Positions 9,857 to 18,956 of a stretch of DNA of 64,000 nucleotides are shown one piece after another; position 1 is the first letter of the stretch; each line of letters starts with the position of its first letter. The notes under the pieces are model-generated. The model made no database searches. It was not told the origin of the DNA and saw only the letters and a program-made list of their open reading frames with translations. The position numbers and the translations under genes were made by a program. The stretch lies in contig CAXXVO010000010.1 in NCBI GenBank assembly GCA_963422645.2, positions 1-64,000 of the forward strand. Reading direction: 5' to 3'. The DNA comes from Alphaproteobacteria bacterium. GTDB taxonomy: Bacteria; Pseudomonadota; Alphaproteobacteria; UBA828.

Positions 9857-12800
9857 TCGCGCGTGCCCTCAATTTCGCGCTGACCGGCTGGTCTGGCCGG
9901 GGCTTGCTCGCCCTGCTCTTCGCATTCGCCATTGCCCTCCCCTGGCTGGTCGGCGATCAGAGCTATGTGACCTATCTGGTGTTCACGTTCTTCGTGTTCG
10001 CCGTGTTCGGTCACGCCTGGAACCTGTTGGCCGGCTACTGCGGTCTGCTCTCCTTCGGCAACCAGGTCTACGTCGGCATCGGCGGCTTCGCCCTGGCGAT
10101 CATGTTCTATTACGGCGGCATCAACGTCTGGCTGGCGCTGCCGATCTCCGGAATCGTCACTGCGGCTTTCGCCTTTCTGCTTGCAACGCCGGTGCGGGAA
10201 AGCCTGGTGGGCATCGGAGTCTGGAAGCCCGTGGCGGTCGCCGGCGTGCTGTGGGCCGGCTACGAGGTCGCGCTTGGCTACTTTCCCGAGGCCGACATCT
10301 TCGGCGAAGTCTATATCCGCCGCGTCATCATCCTCCTGCTGATCTTTCTCGGCGCTCTCCCTCTGCTGCGCCTGCAAGGCGCCTATTTCGCGGTCGCAAG
10401 CTGGCTGATCGCGGCCGCGGTGGGCTCGATCTTCAACGAGTGGAAAGTGGTCGGCGCCGGCGGCGGCATGCAGATCAAGACCGATGCCACGCAGATCGAG
10501 ATGTACTACGCCGGCCTCGGGTTGCTCGTGTTCGCGACCGTGGTGATCGCACGGCTGCTCAAGAGCCGCTACGGACTCGCGCTGACCGCGGTGCGTGACG
10601 ATGAGGAAGCGGCGCGGACCGTCGGCATCGATATCCGCAAGGTGAAACTGATCGTCTTCGTGGTGGCGGGCGGGCTCAGCGGCATCGCGGCGGGCCTGTT
10701 CTACATCGACGCGGTGATCATCACGCCGCCGTCCGCATTCACGATCTTCTGGTCGGCCTATTTCGTCTTCATCGTCGTCGCCGGCGGCATGGGCACCCTG
10801 GCCGGCCCGATCATCGGCGCCGCAATCTTCGTCGTCGTCGACCGCGTGCTTTCCGGCTTCACCGAGTACCCGCTGCTGGTCCTCGGATTCGCCGCCGTGG
10901 TCATCATTTTCGTCATGCCCCGGGGCGTCATGGGCATCGTCAACGCGCTGCGCCATCTGGACGATTCGGCCACCGGCCGCAACGAGTTGCTCGAAGCGCT
11001 CGGCATCGGCGACCAGCTTCAGCGCACCCTCTTCTTCGCCAGACGGCGGGACACGAAGCCGGGGGTGGTGGCGGCCCTGCTGGTTCCGGGCAGCCCCCTG
11101 CCGCTCCTCGCCCGCGACAATCCGCCGTGGAGGGAGATTGCGGACGGTCTCGAAGGCGCAGCCGCTGCGCTACGCGAGGCGGAACCCGACGTCATCCTGA
11201 TCTACTCGACCCAATGGCTCGCCGTTCTCGACCAGCCCTGGCAGACCCGGCCGCGCGTCCGCGGCCTCCATGTCGACGAGAACTGGTACGAGTATGGCGA
11301 GATCGACTACGACATCGAGATCGACACCGAACTCGCTGAAGCGTGTATCGGCGGTTGCCGCTCCCTCGGGATCAAGGCTCGCGGCGTCGACTATGACGGC
11401 TTTCCGATCGACAGCGGCAGCATTGTCGCCAATCGCTTCCTCAACGCGGACGGTGCCCACATGGTCGTCTTGGCGGCGAACAACCTCTATCACGATTGGG
11501 AACTGACGCTGAAGCTCGGTGAGATGGCGGCGAACCAGGCGGTGCGCCTGGGCCGCCGGGTCGCCGTGGTCGGCGTCGGCGCTCTGTCCGGTTCCGCCTT
11601 CCGGCACGAGATCGATCCTGCCGACGATCGCATCGCGAGCACGAGCGAGGATGCGTGGAACCGGCGGATGCTCGACTTGATGGTCAAGGGAGATGCCTCG
11701 GCCATCAAGGCGCTGATTGCGGACTATACGCGCGAAGCCCGCGCGGACATGGGTTTCAAGCATTTCGCGTGGGTTCTCGGCGCCATGGGCGGCCGCTTCC
11801 ATAGCGCGACGCTTCACGCCTACGGCCCGATCTATGGAAACGGCGCGGCGGTGGTGGAGTTTCACACGAGCGAAGAGGCCGCGGCTCTTGCGGCCACGCG
11901 GCGAAGGCGCCGGCGTCGGCGGGCTCAGCCGGGGCGGGACGCACAAGTCCGTTCACAGGACGACGCCCGCGCCGGCAGGCGAGGGCTCTTCCGTTGGCTC
12001 CCGGCGGGTTCGCGGCGAGTGGCACCGACCGAACGCCCGTCGGCAGCGCCACCCTCGGCGCCCCCACCGCTTCCTGCGCGCCGGCCATCTGCAACGCGGA
12101 CCGGCCCCGCTCTCTATCGCTCGTTCCGCTCCCAGGCGGAAATCGACGAGCAATACGACGTCGAGAGCAGCGTGCCCGATTTCGGCCGCTACGTGGACTT
12201 CTTCCTCTCGAACAGCCAGCGCGTTCGCAAGAAGCTCGAGCCGCGGCTCGACGTGCCCTTCGGGCCGACGACAGCCGAGACCCTCGACATCTATCCGGCG
12301 GCGCGGCCCGATGCGCCGATCCACATGTTCATTCACGGTGGCTACTGGCACTCGCTGAGCAGCAAGGAGTTCAGCTTCGTGGCCGAGGGCCTGGTCGCGG
12401 CAGGCGTGACGGTGGTGATCAACAACTACGCGCTCTGCCCGGAGGTCACGATAACGGAGATCGTGCGGCAGAACCGTGCTGCGGTCGCATGGCTCTATCG
12501 CAACGCTGCGAGCTTCGGCGGCAATCGGAGCCGTGTCTACGTCTCGGGGCATTCGGCCGGCGGCCACCTGACGGCCATGTTGCTCGCGACCGATTGGGAG
12601 CGCGATTTCGGCCTGCCGCACGACCTCGTCAAGGGCGGCACGGCGATCAGCGGCCTCTTCGACCTGGAGCCGTTCGTTCATTCCTGGCTGCAAACCAAGC
12701 TGCGCCTGACCGCCGAGGAGATCGATCGGATGAGCCCGATCCGACACATCCCGGACCGTGCGTCCTCATTGATCGTCACGTTCGGCGGCGACGAATCCGC

Positions 12801-12969
12801 AGAGTTTCGCCGGCAGTCCGAGTCTTTTCTCACCGCCTGGAGCGAGAAGGGCCTCGACGGCCGCTATCTCGACCTGCCTGGCCGCAACCATTTTACGGTG
12901 CTGGAGGACTATATGGTGTCTGACAGCCCGCTCTGCCGTTCGATCCTGCGGCAAATGGGTGTTGCTTGA
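9853..12969 (+). CDS. Fusion: LivM-type ABC permease + 2-aminophenol 1,6-dioxygenase alpha-subunit-like (LigB fold) + arylformamidase-like alpha/beta hydrolase
   Basis: 1038-aa single ORF; WNLLAGYCGLLSFG and AVRDDEEAA (LivM); YSTQWLAVLDQ, HVDENWYE, DGFPID, DMGFKH (AmnA/CnbCa-like); HGGYW, GHSAGG, NHF (hydrolase). Confidence 0.85.
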   Translation: MIARALNFALTGWSGRGLLALLFAFAIALPWLVGDQSYVTYLVFTFFVFAVFGHAWNLLAGYCGLLSFGNQVYVGIGGFALAIMFYYGGINVWLALPISGIVTAAFAFLLATPVRESLVGIGVWKPVAVAGVLWAGYEVALGYFPEADIFGEVYIRRVIILLLIFLGALPLLRLQGAYFAVASWLIAAAVGSIFNEWKVVGAGGGMQIKTDATQIEMYYAGLGLLVFATVVIARLLKSRYGLALTAVRDDEEAARTVGIDIRKVKLIVFVVAGGLSGIAAGLFYIDAVIITPPSAFTIFWSAYFVFIVVAGGMGTLAGPIIGAAIFVVVDRVLSGFTEYPLLVLGFAAVVIIFVMPRGVMGIVNALRHLDDSATGRNELLEALGIGDQLQRTLFFARRRDTKPGVVAALLVPGSPLPLLARDNPPWREIADGLEGAAAALREAEPDVILIYSTQWLAVLDQPWQTRPRVRGLHVDENWYEYGEIDYDIEIDTELAEACIGGCRSLGIKARGVDYDGFPIDSGSIVANRFLNADGAHMVVLAANNLYHDWELTLKLGEMAANQAVRLGRRVAVVGVGALSGSAFRHEIDPADDRIASTSEDAWNRRMLDLMVKGDASAIKALIADYTREARADMGFKHFAWVLGAMGGRFHSATLHAYGPIYGNGAAVVEFHTSEEAAALAATRRRRRRRRAQPGRDAQVRSQDDARAGRRGLFRWLPAGSRRVAPTERPSAAPPSAPPPLPARRPSATRTGPALYRSFRSQAEIDEQYDVESSVPDFGRYVDFFLSNSQRVRKKLEPRLDVPFGPTTAETLDIYPAARPDAPIHMFIHGGYWHSLSSKEFSFVAEGLVAAGVTVVINNYALCPEVTITEIVRQNRAAVAWLYRNAASFGGNRSRVYVSGHSAGGHLTAMLLATDWERDFGLPHDLVKGGTAISGLFDLEPFVHSWLQTKLRLTAEEIDRMSPIRHIPDRASSLIVTFGGDESAEFRRQSESFLTAWSEKGLDGRYLDLPGRNHFTVLEDYMVSDSPLCRSILRQMGVA

Positions 12970-13272
12970 GAGCATGATGGTGTCGGCCCGGGGACACGAC
13001 CGCGGAGAGTGAACGCAGGCTGCGCTTCTCTCTTCTCCCCCTGATCCCCCTCGCGCCGGGAGGCGCAGGAGCCAAGCGAGCGGAGCGAGCGCCCGGCGAT
13101 TGAGGGAAATGAGTCTGTGGAGGAGAGGGTCGGGGGCGAGGAGGGGTCCGACCCGGACTCCTGCCGATTCTGGAGACCATGGTGCGGCGCAACGCGCGCA
13201 CCGGGCGTGTCAGGGTCGGGGTATGACGTGCAGAAACGAAGCGCCCTCGATCGATGTCACTGTCGCCGCCCG

Positions 13273-13314
13273 TCCCACTTATCCCACTTATCCCACTTGA
13301 ATCCCACTTATCCC
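13273..13314 (+). repeat. Short tandem repeat (TCCCACTTA) x ~4.5
   Basis: tcccactta tcccactta tcccacttgaa tcccactta tccc, directly left of the IS1595. Confidence 0.85.
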
Positions 13315-13318
13315 GGGA

Positions 13319-14369
13319 ACCGCTTATGCACATGGCTCCGGCTTGCTCAACATGTTGTAGGTAAGGGGTTTTGCATTGGTGGCGAGGCGGAAGAGCGAGC
13401 GGAAAGCAGCGTGGCGGGTTTTGCGGCGGTTGAAGCGAAAGACGAACTCATCGAGATAGGCCTGCAGATGCTTGCGGCGCAGCCCGTGGTAGACGCCTCG
13501 CGCCCATCCTTTGAGGTTGGAGAAGACTTGGTGGATCCACGGCAGGACGAGGTGAGCGGCGGTCTTCCCGACGACATGGACATTGTGGCGATCGGCGGGA
13601 ACCGCAGCGTAGCCGGACCAGCCGTCGGTTTTCGCGATGGCGTCGGGATCGGCGGCGGTTTCGATGAAGCGGCCGAGGTCGGCGGCGCCGTAGGAGGAGA
13701 TTTCGGCCAGCCGCAGGCGGCCCGGGATGGTTCCATCCCCCAGTTCGATGGCGCCGATGATCAGCATCTTGCCGTCGTGGCTGCGCCCCTGCCCGCCGCC
13801 GGGGGGATCGTTCCTGGTCCGGAATGGAAGGCTGGCCTCGTCGATTTCGACCAAGCCCGACAACGGGTTGCGCTCGGGGTCGACCATGCTGGCGCGCAGC
13901 TTGTGGACGAGCAGCCAGGCACTTCGGTACGAGCCGATGCCGAGTTGCTTCTGGAGTTGCAGGGCGGAAATGCCGTTGGAATGGGTCGCCATCAAGTAGG
14001 CGGCCCAGAACCAGACGGTGAGCGGCAGCTTGCTGGCGTGCAGGATCGTCCCGGCCGTCACCGAGGTCTGCCTGCGGCAGCCGGCGCACTCGAAGGTGTG
14101 TGCCTTTCTGCGCAGCGCCCATCCCTTTTCATGGCCGCACGCGGGACAGACGAAGCCGTCCGGCCAGCGCATTTCGATCAGCCAGGCGGCGCAGGCGTCA
14201 TCGTCCGGGAACATGCGCTGGAAGGCGAGGAGGCTGTCGGGGACCTGGTTCATGTGGTGGCTCCGCCGTCAGGAACGTATAGGGAACATTCTACCCGCTC
14301 CCCCGCCCTAACCTCAACCTCAACATCTGGTGGCCAACTCTCGTAACCGGAGCCACGTGCATAAGCGGT
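13319..14369 (-). mobile_element. IS1595-family element
   Basis: TIRs ACCGCTTATGCACaTGGCTCCGG / CCGGAGCCAcGTGCATAAGCGGT; 8-bp palindromic TSD TCCCGGGA (13311-13318, 14370-14377). Confidence 0.92.
13324..14253 (-). CDS. IS1595-family transposase
   Basis: CPAC..CAGC zinc finger, VEIDE, KTDGW, YLDEFVFRFNRR. Confidence 0.93.
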   Translation of the reverse strand: MNQVPDSLLAFQRMFPDDDACAAWLIEMRWPDGFVCPACGHEKGWALRRKAHTFECAGCRRQTSVTAGTILHASKLPLTVWFWAAYLMATHSNGISALQLQKQLGIGSYRSAWLLVHKLRASMVDPERNPLSGLVEIDEASLPFRTRNDPPGGGQGRSHDGKMLIIGAIELGDGTIPGRLRLAEISSYGAADLGRFIETAADPDAIAKTDGWSGYAAVPADRHNVHVVGKTAAHLVLPWIHQVFSNLKGWARGVYHGLRRKHLQAYLDEFVFRFNRRKTRHAAFRSLFRLATNAKPLTYNMLSKPEPCA

Positions 14370-14433
14370 TCCCGGGAATCCCGCCAAAAATTAACTCCCA
14401 CGTCTCGCGGGATGGGCACCGGAGCCGCAGGGA

Positions 14434-15504
14434 TCAGTCGATCAGCAACTCGCTGCTCGCCACGGTCCAGCCGATGACGGCCTCGGCCCCGTCGGCGAGA
14501 TCGGGCTGATCGGGTCGGTTGGGCACTTCGGCAACGATCTCCTGCCCCTCCAGCTGCATCCGGTAGCGGATGATCGCGCCCTGATAACTGCGATCGAGCA
14601 CGGTGGCGGTGACCTTGGTGCCGTCCACGGCCTCGGCGGCGGCGCCGATCAGCACGCGCTCCGGCCGGACCACGAAGCCGACCTCCTGGCCGGTCTCGAT
14701 CCCGTCGCGCCGCGGTGCGGCGAACTCGACCCGGCCCACGGCCACGCGACATTCGTCCCCGCTCACCGCCGCGACGCGGGCTTCGAGGATGTTGGACTCG
14801 CCGATGAAGTCGGTGACGAAGCGGTCCGCCGGATGCTCGTAAATCGTATCGGGCGCGCCAATCTGGACAACCTTCGCGCGGTTCATCACCGCGATCCGGT
14901 CCGACATGGTGAGCGCCTCGCCCTGATCGTGAGTCACGTAGACGGTGGTGATGCCGAGGGAGTGCTGCAGCCCCTTGATCCAGTACTTCATTTCCTCCCT
15001 GAGCTTCTTGTCGAGCGCGCTCAAGGGCTCGTCGAGAAGCAGGATCTTGGGCTCGGTGATAAGCACGCGGGCGAGCGCCACGCGCTGCTGCTCCCCGCCG
15101 GAAAGCTCGCGTTGGTAGCGCCGCTCGTAGCCGTCGAGATTGACCTGTTCCAGCGCCTTGCCGACGCGGCTGCGAATCTCCCGCTTCGGCACCTTCCGCA
15201 TCTTCAGGCCGAAGGCGATGTTGTCGAACGCCGTCATGTGCGGAAAGATCGCGTAGTTCTGGAAGACGATGCCGATGCCCCGCTTCTCCGGCGGAAGCAG
15301 GGTCATGTCCTCGCCGCCGATGAAGACGCGGCCCTGGTTCGGGCGGACGAAGCCCGCGATCATGCGGAGCGTCGTGGTCTTGCCGCAGCCGGAGGGTCCG
15401 AGGAGGGAGAAGAACTCCCCCTCCTCGACCCGGAGCGAGACGTCGTCGACCGCGAGGGTCTCGCCGTAGCGCTTGGTCAGGCTCGAAAGCTCGACGTCGG
15501 ACAC
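14434..15504 (-). CDS. ABC ATP-binding protein (PotA-like)
   Basis: GPSGCGKT, LSGGEQQR, LLDEP, TOBE-like C-terminus. Confidence 0.93.
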   Translation of the reverse strand: MSDVELSSLTKRYGETLAVDDVSLRVEEGEFFSLLGPSGCGKTTTLRMIAGFVRPNQGRVFIGGEDMTLLPPEKRGIGIVFQNYAIFPHMTAFDNIAFGLKMRKVPKREIRSRVGKALEQVNLDGYERRYQRELSGGEQQRVALARVLITEPKILLLDEPLSALDKKLREEMKYWIKGLQHSLGITTVYVTHDQGEALTMSDRIAVMNRAKVVQIGAPDTIYEHPADRFVTDFIGESNILEARVAAVSGDECRVAVGRVEFAAPRRDGIETGQEVGFVVRPERVLIGAAAEAVDGTKVTATVLDRSYQGAIIRYRMQLEGQEIVAEVPNRPDQPDLADGAEAVIGWTVASSELLID

Positions 15505-15543
15505 GCGCGACCCCTCTCAGTCATCCGGCCCGGCAACGATGGA

Positions 15544-16665
15544 TCAGCCGCCGAAGATCTCGTTGGTGGTCTCGACGATGTCGTCCTCGTTGTCGAGATA
15601 CCAATTCCAATCCGGGATCCAGAGCCCTTCCATGGCGCCGGCCGTGTTGACCACGCCCTTGCTTGCAAGGCTTTCCGCCACCGGCGCCGTGCCGTTGGTC
15701 GGCCGCAGGTAGAACGTGCCGCCGGCCTTCTCCTGGTAGCCGGGGTCGAGCGCCTCGTTCATCAGCGCAAACGCGAGCTTCTTCTGTATCGGATCGGAAT
15801 AGCGGCTGATGGTCTTGGTCTGGGTCAGGATCGGTTTGGAGCCCCAGATGACGGGGGCGACGGAGATGCCCTTGTCCATCTGCAGGTAGACCTCGCCTTC
15901 CCACTGCACGCCGAGGTGCACCTCGCCGCGCTCCACCAGGGTCTGCATGTTGCCGGTGAAGTCGCTGATCTTCATCGGCTTGGCGCGCTCCATGGCGTCG
16001 AAGCCGGCGTCCAGGTCCTCCGGCCCCTCGCCCCAGGCGGCGCTGGCGGCGATGAAGAACACCATCTGCAACGTGTTGGACGTGATGTAGGTGGCGCGAT
16101 TACCGGCGAAGCGGTCCTCCCAGAAGGACTTGAAGTCGGCGGGCGCGGGATCGACCAGGTCGGTCCGGTACACGTAGGCGTACTGGCCGAAGGCCCAGGT
16201 CACGCCGATGCCGTTGCCGAAGGCGAAGTCCCAGCAATCCGCCGCGTGCGGAACGTTCGCCTTGATGTCCTCGATCGGCAGGAAGTAATCGCCCGCCCGG
16301 GCGGTCTTCATCATCTCGGGCAGGTTCCAGTTGCACATGTGGAAGGCCGGGTCCTGCGGCCCGCTGGCGACGTATTTCGGGAACCAGGGCCACGAGGAAT
16401 CGTAGGCGATGGTGCAGTTGTAGGTCTTCTCGAAGTTCTCGATCACCGCGCCGCGGACGAACTCCTCCCAGAAGCCGCCCCACTCACCGAGGATGAACGT
16501 GGCGCCGCCGGCATCGAAGGGCTCACCGTCCCAGTGGACGTCCTGCGACCAGGCGTGGTTGATGTTGAAGAGGCCGAATTGGGTCGAGGCCGCGGCTGCG
16601 CCGCCTGCCGCGAGCCCCTTGAGGACGGTGCGCCGCGAGGGCTTGGAAGTACGTTTGACGGTCAT
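15544..16665 (-). CDS. ABC solute-binding protein (PotD/F-like) with Tat signal
   Basis: SRRTVLK twin-arginine motif; WGGFW; position in the operon. Confidence 0.85.
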   Translation of the reverse strand: MTVKRTSKPSRRTVLKGLAAGGAAAASTQFGLFNINHAWSQDVHWDGEPFDAGGATFILGEWGGFWEEFVRGAVIENFEKTYNCTIAYDSSWPWFPKYVASGPQDPAFHMCNWNLPEMMKTARAGDYFLPIEDIKANVPHAADCWDFAFGNGIGVTWAFGQYAYVYRTDLVDPAPADFKSFWEDRFAGNRATYITSNTLQMVFFIAASAAWGEGPEDLDAGFDAMERAKPMKISDFTGNMQTLVERGEVHLGVQWEGEVYLQMDKGISVAPVIWGSKPILTQTKTISRYSDPIQKKLAFALMNEALDPGYQEKAGGTFYLRPTNGTAPVAESLASKGVVNTAGAMEGLWIPDWNWYLDNEDDIVETTNEIFGG

Positions 16666-16687
16666 CGTTCAGTCTCCCTTTGTCCGG

Positions 16688-17575
16688 TTACGAGAACTTG
16701 ATTCCGGCGAAGCGCCGGATGTTGATGAGTCGCGAGGTGAGCAGCATCGAGATCACGACCAGCGCGATCGCGAAGATGCCCGCCGCCGCCGCCGTCGGCT
16801 CGAAGGTGTATCTGAGCGAAATATAGAGGGCGATGGGCAGCGGCGTGTAGTTCGGCGTGCTGAGAAAGAGCGAGACGTCGAACTGCCCGAAGGACACGAT
16901 GAAGGCGAAGATCGCGCCGGCAGCGACGCCGGGCCCGATGATCGGCAGCGTCACTCGGCGGAACGCCGTCCAGGGGCTGGCGCCGAGGCTGCGCGCGGCC
17001 TCCTCCAGCGCGATATCGAAGTTGAAGAGCGCCGCCGACACGGTGCCGATCACGTAAGGCGCCGTCACCAGCACGTGGCCGATGATGAGCCCGGGCAGTG
17101 TGCGAGAGAGCCCGATGCCGCTCGAGACATAGAAGACGTAGAGCGCGAGCCCCAGCACGATCCCCGGCAGAATCAGCGGCGAGAGGAAGTAGGCCCTGAG
17201 CAGGTTGCGGCCGGGGAAGGTCATGCGCGTGAGAAAGATCGCCGCCATGGTACCGAGCGTGGTCGAGATCACCATGACCACCACGGCGAGCCACAGGCTG
17301 AAGACGTAGGCGTCGAGGAATTCGCTCGCCTCGAAGAATGCGAAGATCCAACGGAGCGAGAGCCCCTCCGGCGGCCAGGTCAGGTGATCGCCGGAGTTGA
17401 GCCCGGCCAGCACTACGATCACGACGGGAAGCAGGAGGACGACAAAGGCGAGCCACGCGCCGATCTGGAGCGGCAGCGCGACCGCCGGCTCCTCGCGCGG
17501 CCCCTTCCGCCGGCCGAAGGGATTCCAGCCGCCGCCGCGCGGCGCGGGGCCTGTGTCCGTCACCATCTCCGCCAT
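16688..17575 (-). CDS. ABC permease (PotC-like)
   Basis: LEEAARSLGA EAA loop; hydrophobic helices. Confidence 0.9.
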   Translation of the reverse strand: MAEMVTDTGPAPRGGGWNPFGRRKGPREEPAVALPLQIGAWLAFVVLLLPVVIVVLAGLNSGDHLTWPPEGLSLRWIFAFFEASEFLDAYVFSLWLAVVVMVISTTLGTMAAIFLTRMTFPGRNLLRAYFLSPLILPGIVLGLALYVFYVSSGIGLSRTLPGLIIGHVLVTAPYVIGTVSAALFNFDIALEEAARSLGASPWTAFRRVTLPIIGPGVAAGAIFAFIVSFGQFDVSLFLSTPNYTPLPIALYISLRYTFEPTAAAAGIFAIALVVISMLLTSRLINIRRFAGIKFS

Positions 17576-17576
17576 C

Positions 17577-18491
17577 TCAGGCCCGCCCGCCCGCGGTGCG
17601 CGCCGCGAAGCGCTGATAGACGTAGACCGCGATCATGCTGGTGACGAAGAGCACGACCGCGATGGTCGCGCCGAACTGCCACTTACCCATCTCGGCGATC
17701 TGCTGATAGATGTGGAGCGGCATCACGATCACCTTCCAGCCGCCCATCAGCGCCGGCACGACGTAAGACGAGATCGAGATCGCGAACACCAGCAGCGTGC
17801 CGGCGAGGATGCCCGGCATGCTGAGCGGGAAGGTGATGCGCCAGAAGGTGGTCCAGCGGTTCGCGCCCAGGCTTCGCGCCGCCTCCTCCAACGAGGGGTG
17901 GATGCTCCTGATGATGCCGATCAGCGAGAGCACCATGAAGGGCAGAGTGAACTGGACGAGCCCGACCACGGCGCCGAAGAAGTTGTACATCAGCGGCAGC
18001 GGCTCGCGGATGACGCCTATGTCCTTGAGGACGCCGTTGATGATCCCGTTGTCGCCCATCAGAACCATCAGGCCGAAAAGGCGGATCACCATGTCGAGCT
18101 GCATCGCGCTCAGCACGAGGATCATATAGAAGGTGTTGCGCCCGGGATGCCTGGTCTTGGCGACGAAGTAGGCGAGCGGGTAGCCCAGCGCCAACGTAAC
18201 GACCGAGACGATCGCCGCCAGCCCGATCGAGCGTATCGCCGCCTCGTAGTAAAGCGAGCGGTTGAAGAAGCGGATGTAGTTCTTGAGCGTGAAGTCCCAC
18301 TGGATATCGACCACGCCCGCGACCGACTTGTCGAAGGAGATCAGGAACAACGAGACGGTCGGGACGACGAAGAATATCAGGAAGAAGACGAAAGCCGGCA
18401 GCACCAGCCAGAAGAGCCGGGAGTCGGCGAGAATGCGCCTGAGGTCGGGCAGCGGGGACGTGCGCTCCGCTTGGGCCTCGGCGAGTGCCAT
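17577..18491 (-). CDS. ABC permease (PotB-like)
   Basis: LGYPLAY, LEEAARSLGA. Confidence 0.9.
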   Translation of the reverse strand: MALAEAQAERTSPLPDLRRILADSRLFWLVLPAFVFFLIFFVVPTVSLFLISFDKSVAGVVDIQWDFTLKNYIRFFNRSLYYEAAIRSIGLAAIVSVVTLALGYPLAYFVAKTRHPGRNTFYMILVLSAMQLDMVIRLFGLMVLMGDNGIINGVLKDIGVIREPLPLMYNFFGAVVGLVQFTLPFMVLSLIGIIRSIHPSLEEAARSLGANRWTTFWRITFPLSMPGILAGTLLVFAISISSYVVPALMGGWKVIVMPLHIYQQIAEMGKWQFGATIAVVLFVTSMIAVYVYQRFAARTAGGRA

Positions 18492-18801
18492 CGTTCCCTT
18501 CGTTCCCTAAGTGCTCAAGACGCCCATGTTGGCCCCAATGCCTCAAGCGAACCAGCCCGGCGACGTCACATCCTGAACGGGTCAGGTCGTGACGGACGCC
18601 AAGTCTCGCCGACCGTCCATGACCATAGCATCCCTATTCGGTCTGCCGACATCAACGCCGATTGGCATTACGCTATCGGGCACGGGAAACGCGACGCTCG
18701 AATCTAGGCAGCGTGCCGGCCGCGAGTCAGTCGGCGAAACGGATAGGTTCTCGACTCGTTCGGATAGGTAATCGTGCTCGAGAGAGACCTGCTGAAAGGA
18801 T

Positions 18802-18878
18802 TGGCGCGCCCGGCAGGACTCGAACCTGCGACCCCAAGCTTAGAAGGCTCGTGCTCTATCCGGCTGAGCTACGGGCGC
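18802..18878 (-). tRNA. tRNA-Arg(UCU)
   Basis: 77-nt cloverleaf GCGCCCGTAGCTCAG...CT-TCT-AA...GGTTCGAGTCC...GCCA with encoded CCA. Confidence 0.96.
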
Positions 18879-18956
18879 CGACCCCGTACCTATCACGACC
18901 GGCCCCAAATGTGATCGACCATCAGCGTATCCGCCCGGCTCGCGCTCGCCATGCGC

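Noticed and set aside
13273-13314. CRISPR array
   Set aside because: 9-bp contiguous units with no spacers and no cas genes
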